Positions 57,648-64,000 of a stretch of 64,000 bases of DNA are shown piece by piece. How positions within the stretch are numbered: the stretch's first letter is position 1; each line of letters begins with the position of its first letter. The DNA is from Harriotta raleighana (Eukaryota), in NCBI GenBank assembly GCA_050575255.1, contig JBNZDD010013634.1, forward strand, positions 1,714,189 to 1,778,188. Direction: 5' to 3'. Below the pieces are notes generated by a model. That model did no database searches, was not told where the DNA came from, and worked only from the letters and a program-made list of their open reading frames with translations. A program made the translations under genes and the position numbers.

Positions 57648-57905
57648 ATGCCAGTTCAGGTGGACATTAACAATCCCTTGACTCTATTCGAAAAGAGAAC
57701 AAGAGTTTCTTCTAGTGGCCTGGTCAACAAATCCCCCAAATAAAATCCGTCGTTCACTTCATGGCTGTTTGTGGAATATTGCTGTGTGCAAACCAGCTTC
57801 CGCGTTTCGCCCACAAAACACACAGTCAAAACCATTTTACCGCGTATCCCGCGAAGTGCTTTGAGGCGTTGTAAGGCATTACATCAAATTGCAAGGATTA
57901 TTATA
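57648..57905 (+). mobile_element. Partial DeuSINE-type SINE
   Basis: gttcaggtggacattaacaatccc...ctattcgaaaagagaa core through the gcaaggattatta tail. Confidence 0.8.
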
Positions 57906-58439
57906 ATCCTATTTATATGTAAACTAGGTGATTAGATTTTTTTTTGAGCCACCAACAAAGTTAATTCATCTTAAAAGGCCTCCCTATTCGCCCCTGATAG
58001 GACATCAGAATGAGTATAATAAATCAAAATCGGATCTCTCTCTCTTTAAGCAACCCCCCCCCCCCACCACCAACAGACCATAAAAGGACTTCTTTGCCTG
58101 AGAATTCCATGCATGCCTGGATTCTGTATACAACTCTTGTACAAACTTTTATTCTCTATTGAATTCTGTAACACCTGTGAGCAAGAGACCGATTACTCAG
58201 GAAATAGAACAAAGAAACTCTGTTGTCTGAACCGCAGATTGCTACTGATTGAATACGTAAAGTGAATGAGCTCCATCAACAATAAGTTCCTATTACAGGG
58301 GACAGCAGTTTTGTGGCAGCCAACTGTGGCCCCTGGTTTAGCTCAAAGCTTTCCTTCCTTAACAGATCTTGATTTGGGGGAGATTCCACCTAATGAGACA
58401 GCAGCTGAGGAGTTGGAACACCTTTATCATGTTTCATCC

Positions 58440-59149
58440 CATTCCCTCTCTACCTCCTTTTCCTCCCACTATTCCCCCCACCATCCCCCCTCTCTCCCCT
58501 CCTCTCTGCCGTCCCCCCCCCTTCTCCCCTCCCCTCTATTTCCCCTTCTCCCCTCACCTCCTCTCTCCCCTGCTCCCTATGCTGCCCCCCCCTGCCCTCC
58601 CCCACTGCTCCCCCTCTTCCCTGCCCCCTCTCTCTCGGCCCCTTTATCCCCTCTCCCCCTCCACTGCCCCCCACCCCTGCTCTCCTCCTCTCATCTGTCC
58701 ATTCCCCCCGCCTCTCCCTGCACTACCTCTGCCCCCCCCTCCCNTCCCCCCCCCTTCTCCCCTCCCCTCTATTTCCCCTTCTCCCCTCACCTCCTCTCTC
58801 CCCTGCTCCCTATGCTGCCCCCCCCTGCCCTCCCCCACTGCTCCCCCTCTTCCCTGCCCCCTCTCTCTCGGCCCCTTTATCCCCTCTCCCCCTCCACTGC
58901 CCCCCACCCCTGCTCTCCTCCTCTCATCTGTCCATTCCCCCCGCCTCTCCCTGCACTACCTCTGCCCCCCCCTCCCCCTCCTACACCCCCTCCCCTGACC
59001 CCCTCCCCTCTCCCCCCTCCCTGCCCCCCTTCTCCCCTTCCCCTCTACCTTGCCCCCTCTTCCCGGCCCCCTCTCCTCTCCATCTCCCCCCTCTCCCCAT
59101 CTCCCCTCACCTGAACCCCTCCCTTCTTCCCTCCCCGCTTCCCCCCCTC
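58440..59149. repeat. C/T-rich low-complexity tract
   Basis: Near-pure polypyrimidine strand; contains a ~230-bp duplication across the n at 58744. Confidence 0.92.
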
Positions 59150-60059
59150 NNNNNNNNNNNNNNNNNNNNNNNNNNNNNNNNNNNNNNNNNNNNNNNNNNN
59201 NNNNNNNNNNNNNNNNNNNNNNNNNNNNNNNNNNNNNNNNNNNNNNNNNNNNNNNNNNNNNNNNNNNNNNNNNNNNNNNNNNNNNNNNNNNNNNNNNNNN
59301 NNNNNNNNNNNNNNNNNNNNNNNNNNNNNNNNNNNNNNNNNNNNNNNNNNNNNNNNNNNNNNNNNNNNNNNNNNNNNNNNNNNNNNNNNNNNNNNNNNNN
59401 NNNNNNNNNNNNNNNNNNNNNNNNNNNNNNNNNNNNNNNNNNNNNNNNNNNNNNNNNNNNNNNNNNNNNNNNNNNNNNNNNNNNNNNNNNNNNNNNNNNN
59501 NNNNNNNNNNNNNNNNNNNNNNNNNNNNNNNNNNNNNNNNNNNNNNNNNNNNNNNNNNNNNNNNNNNNNNNNNNNNNNNNNNNNNNNNNNNNNNNNNNNN
59601 NNNNNNNNNNNNNNNNNNNNNNNNNNNNNNNNNNNNNNNNNNNNNNNNNNNNNNNNNNNNNNNNNNNNNNNNNNNNNNNNNNNNNNNNNNNNNNNNNNNN
59701 NNNNNNNNNNNNNNNNNNNNNNNNNNNNNNNNNNNNNNNNNNNNNNNNNNNNNNNNNNNNNNNNNNNNNNNNNNNNNNNNNNNNNNNNNNNNNNNNNNNN
59801 NNNNNNNNNNNNNNNNNNNNNNNNNNNNNNNNNNNNNNNNNNNNNNNNNNNNNNNNNNNNNNNNNNNNNNNNNNNNNNNNNNNNNNNNNNNNNNNNNNNN
59901 NNNNNNNNNNNNNNNNNNNNNNNNNNNNNNNNNNNNNNNNNNNNNNNNNNNNNNNNNNNNNNNNNNNNNNNNNNNNNNNNNNNNNNNNNNNNNNNNNNNN
60001 NNNNNNNNNNNNNNNNNNNNNNNNNNNNNNNNNNNNNNNNNNNNNNNNNNNNNNNNNNN
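59150..60059. other. Assembly gap (910 N)
   Basis: Run of n. Confidence 0.99.
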
Positions 60060-60418
60060 CCCACTCACTTACCCACTCTCCCACCCACGTACTTACCCAC
60101 TCTCCCACTCACTCATCCACGTACCCATTCTCCTATCCACCCACCACTCACCCACCCACTCACTTACCCACTCTCCCACCCACTCACTTACCCACTCTCC
60201 CACTCACTTACTTAGCCACTCTCCCACTCACTCACCCACGTACCCATTCTCCTAGCCACCCACCACTCACTCACCCACCCACTCACTCATTTACCCTCTC
60301 TTCCACTCACTCACCCACACACCCACTTACCTGTCTATCCACCTACTCACTTACCCACCCAGTTACCCACCTACTTACCTACCCAGCCTCTCAGCCACTT
60401 ACCCACCCACCCACCCAC
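60060..60418. repeat. Degenerate (CCCA/CTCA/CTTA)n tetranucleotide repeat
   Basis: Read directly from the sequence. Confidence 0.92.
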
Positions 60419-60685
60419 AAAATTAGAGGCACAATATTCCCACCCAGTTCTGTTTTCAGAGGTTTTATTCTTGGGCAGATTCTTAAATCCATCCTGAATT
60501 CTGAAGCAGCTTTTCTTCCGTGAGTTCTTTTTCGAGGATGCAAACCTGTGCAAAGTTGGCTGCCCGCAAATCGCGCAGTCACTCAGTTTTACCGTTAATC
60601 CATTTTATGAAGCACTTTGAGAAGTCCTCCCAACTTGAAACTAGTGTGCCATGTTATTAACTACAAAGATGACGGACGTCCCTCC

Positions 60686-60880
60686 AATCTGCCTGTTTAA
60701 GTGGACGTTAAAGATCCCACGACCCTATTCAGAAAGAGAAGGGAGTTTCTCCCAGTGTCTTGGCCAACAAACCCCCAAATAAAATTAGCCACTAACTTCA
60801 CCGCTCTTTATGGGACTTTGGTGTGCAAATTGTCTGCTGTCAAAATATACAGTCACTACAGTACAGTAAATCCTGCGAAG
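60686..60880 (+). mobile_element. Partial DeuSINE-type SINE
   Basis: tctgcctgtttaagtggacgttaaagatccc...ttctcccagtgtcttggccaac core. Confidence 0.8.
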
Positions 60881-61459
60881 TCAAGATAAAGTGCAACTTC
60901 AAAGTTGAGATTGAGTTCAACAATTGGCCAAATTTTTGATGCTCTGAGATGAAATGTTAAGAAAATAAAATCTTTCTGGACCCACAAGGGATGTTTCCCA
61001 ATCTGCAGTCCTTGAAGTTGGAGCCCGGCATTCAAACAGTGGAATAAAAAATACCGTATTATTCCCCTACCCCATGCCCCATTGATTTAAACATTAAGGA
61101 ATAGTTTCATGTGTTTATTATAGTCTCATACATCAACATTTCTTGCAACTGAAAACCAAAATAATTGAGTGATACTCTTAATGAGCCATACTTGGCAGAT
61201 CTCTTCAGTACGTTTTGCTTTAGGAATAAATATAAATATTTAAGAATATCCAGCTTGCCTTAACTTGCAACAATGTTTTTTTTCCTCCTTGATCTTCTTG
61301 TTTTTTTTGGGAGTTTCACCTACTCAAGAATATAGGCTGTTGGTGCTGTGTAGTTTTTGATGTTTATGTTTAATGTTCAGAATTTTGTATATTGTTTTCT
61401 CATGACTAAAACAAAGTTTTAGTTTGTTAGCAGTGACATCTTCAGGATGAGATACAAAA

Positions 61460-61712
61460 CTATGGTCCTGACTGCCTATTCAAGTGGATGTTGAAGATCC
61501 CATGGCTCTATTCAAGAAGAGAAGGGAGTTTCTTTAAGTGTTATGGATAACAGTCCCCCAGATAAAATTGGTCATTCGTTTCACAGTTGTTTGTGAGGCA
61601 TTGCTGTGTGCAAATTGGCTGTCCCAGAATATGCAGAAACTGCAGTACAGTAAATCCTGTGAAGCGCTTTGAGACCTGAAAGGCGCCAAGTCAAATGAAA
61701 GGATCATTATGA
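61460..61712 (+). mobile_element. Partial DeuSINE-type SINE
   Basis: gaagatcccatggctctattcaagaagagaagggagttt core and gtgaagcgctttgag tail. Confidence 0.8.
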
Positions 61713-62275
61713 ATAATTATAATCCAAATAAATGGGATTCATTAAGGTGAGTAACTCAAATGTCAATCAAGTCCTTTGTACAGTAACATCATGTATTCAG
61801 TGACGTTAATGGAAACTGTGGTGCATTATGCCCATTTCCTGATTGCTTTTTACAAAAGACTGTTTTAAAAAAATGGAAATTNCTGTTTCAAAAAAAGACT
61901 ATCCTTCTCAGTTTAAAAATGGAAATGTATTATTTATGTAGTGGATCGTGGTGATTCAGGTACAAGTGAAGGGAGCCCCCTCCCCTATTCCAGAAGGACA
62001 GTTCAGTATAACTTCTAGGAAAAAGAAAATGGCGATGGAAACAAATAAACTCCACATGTCTTTCACTCTACCTGTCAGGCAATGCTGTTCCACTGAGTAC
62101 TTAGACCTCAACTTGATATGAGGATAAAGCAAGATTCAAAGTGGATGGCAAAGTAGAGGATTCAAAATATCATCAATATTAATAGCTACCTTTAGATGGC
62201 CTATTACAAAAGAGCAACATAATCCTAGAGTTCAGGTGACACTCATCCAGCATGACATCACTTGAATGCCTTGGT

Positions 62276-63071
62276 CTACAATCTTGTAACATATTTCAAC
62301 ACTGGACAATACTCTATATTTGATACGGACATTGTTCTTTTGAGATATTTGCTCTCGGGAGCAATTTCCATTATATCAACAGCAAACAAATAACTGTGCT
62401 GTTTGCATAGGTTATTTGACTCGAGCAAACCTGATAAAGAAAGAGTTATCTGCAGCTGATTCATTTTTGCCCTCTCCATTACCAATGTTGTCTCAAGATA
62501 ATTGATTTCCTCTTTCATGCCAAGTACTTATTTCATCCTCAACACATTTTAAGTCAGCATGAAGTCTAGTCCATTCAAAATTGAAATATTCCTCCCTAAA
62601 TGGGAAACTATATTTATAATTTATATTATAAATATAATATATAAATAAATAAAATAAAAACTCAGTCAATACCTGTTGGTTCTCCTGGAAAGATATAAGA
62701 AATCCTGTCACTCTACTGATTGATCCTTTCCTCAACTCTAGCCTCCAAACTATTTTTCTCTTTTAAAAAAAATGTTCCCATTGTTTTTCATATTGCTTTC
62801 AGCATTGTATTGCACCTCTGAACTTGCATCTTTTTCCTCTAAACAACATCACCCTCTTGTTCCCTTTATAAATGCAACTTGGATTAATTGCTTCTTCCTG
62901 TAACTTTCTTTCCAGTACTTTAAGTTATTTTAAACAACTTATCATCCAGGTCTTTCACCCTTCAGGCTTTTCAAAATCCATATCTGGTGTTGTCTTTGCA
63001 CTACTCATTACCTCTTTTTCTTTCCTATTTTTTCTAACTTTGACGATGTCCTTCATTTATTTATATGCACT
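62276..63071 (-). pseudogene. Possible decayed coiled-coil gene fragment (two exon-like blocks)
   Basis: Purine-rich minus strand gives E/K/L-rich peptides broken by stops and frameshifts; 77-nt GT-AG intron-like segment at 62596-62672. Confidence 0.3.
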
Positions 63072-63107
63072 GGCCAAGATAAAATTAATTAATAAAATTA
63101 TATCCAC

Positions 63108-63275
63108 CAGATAAAATTGGACTTTCACCACATGGCTATTTTTGGGACATTGCTGCGAGCAAATTGGCTGCTGAATTCATCTACAAAATACACGGTTACT
63201 ACATTTTACAGTAAATCACGTGAAGCACTTTGAGATGTGTTAATGTCACGATAAGGCATTATGTGAAATGCAAGA
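63108..63275 (+). mobile_element. SINE 3' half
   Basis: ataaaattgg...tgggacattgctg...gtgaagcactttgagatgt...aaatgcaag. Confidence 0.72.
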
Positions 63276-63344
63276 ATCTTTTCTGAATTCTCTCTAATAC
63301 ACCAGTGCCCAAGTGGAGAAAGGGTGCCCAGAATTGGACACAGT

Positions 63345-63575
63345 GTTAATAATATAAGCCTTGCATTTGATGTAGAGCTTTTCATATCTTCTAGTCGTCT
63401 CAAAGCGCTTCACAGAATATACTTTAAAGTGAATTGACTGTATATTTGTGGGCGAGACAGCACAGCAAATTACGCACAGCGGTGTCTCAAAAATAGTCGT
63501 GGATTGAAATGACCAGTTTATTATTGTTTTTCTTGAGGGATTATTATCTGGTGTGTGAAGTGAGGAATCTTGTAT
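63345..63575 (-). mobile_element. 5'-truncated SINE of the second family
   Basis: Aligns to the 46591 element (ggattgaaatgacca...gagggattatta). Confidence 0.8.
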
Positions 63576-63653
63576 GGCCAAAAAGTGGCTCAACCTAAAG
63601 TCTCAGAACAGACCATTTCTTGATGGGATAATTCAGTTTTTCTGGGATCTTGN

Positions 63654-64000
63654 CTGGACAATACTCTATATTTGATACGGACATTGTTCTTTTGAGATAT
63701 TTGCTCTCGGGAGCAATTTCCATTATATCAACAGCAAACAAATAACTGTGCTGTTTGCATAGGTTATTTGACTCGAGCAAACCTGATAAAGAAAGAGTTA
63801 TCTGCAGCTGATTCATTTTTGCCCTCTCCATTACCAATGTTGTCTCAAGATAATTGATTTCCTCTTTCATGCCAAGTACTTATTTCATCCTCAACACATT
63901 TTAAGTCAGCATGAAGTCTAGTCCATTCAAAATTGAAATATTCCTCCCTAAATGGGAAACTATATTTATAATTTATATTATAAATATAATATATAAATAA
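63654..64000 (+). repeat. Apparently identical copy of 62302-62648 starting right after a single n (probable contig overlap)
   Basis: Constant offset of 1352; the same ORF translation appears twice. Confidence 0.9.

Noticed and set aside
58266-60255. Long Pro-rich, Gly-rich and poly-X ORFs
   Set aside because: Translations of low-complexity DNA and the N gap; the internal duplication flanks the n at 58744.
62302-64000. Tandem gene duplication (ORFs 62276..62518 and 63595..63870)
   Set aside because: The second copy starts exactly after a single n and looks identical, so it is most likely an unmerged contig or haplotype overlap.

Overview
AT-rich vertebrate genomic DNA, most likely from a cartilaginous fish such as elephant shark (inferred from shark-type DeuSINEs, L2 and CR1 LINEs; not verified). 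The main feature is an intact minus-strand STK33 serine/threonine kinase gene. I traced 13 coding exons (27670 to 11449, 1491 nt, 496 aa) with GT-AG sites and matching phases. Four further upstream exon candidates (48015-48051, 38120-38190, 37654-37750, 35185-35281) splice in frame without a stop onto this model and would add an unrecognised 103-aa N-terminus. The rest is intronic/intergenic DNA with a 5'-truncated L2 LINE, CR1 fragments, two modular SINE families, an older degraded SINE-like family, a degenerate MITE-like inverted repeat, several hairpins, a possible decayed coiled-coil gene at ~62.3-63.1 kb, a 910-nt gap flanked by low-complexity DNA, and several assembly-overlap duplications at single n bases. 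No CRISPR, rRNA, true tRNA or prokaryote-type system is supported. Most ORF-track entries are chance ORFs. Repeat boundaries are approximate.
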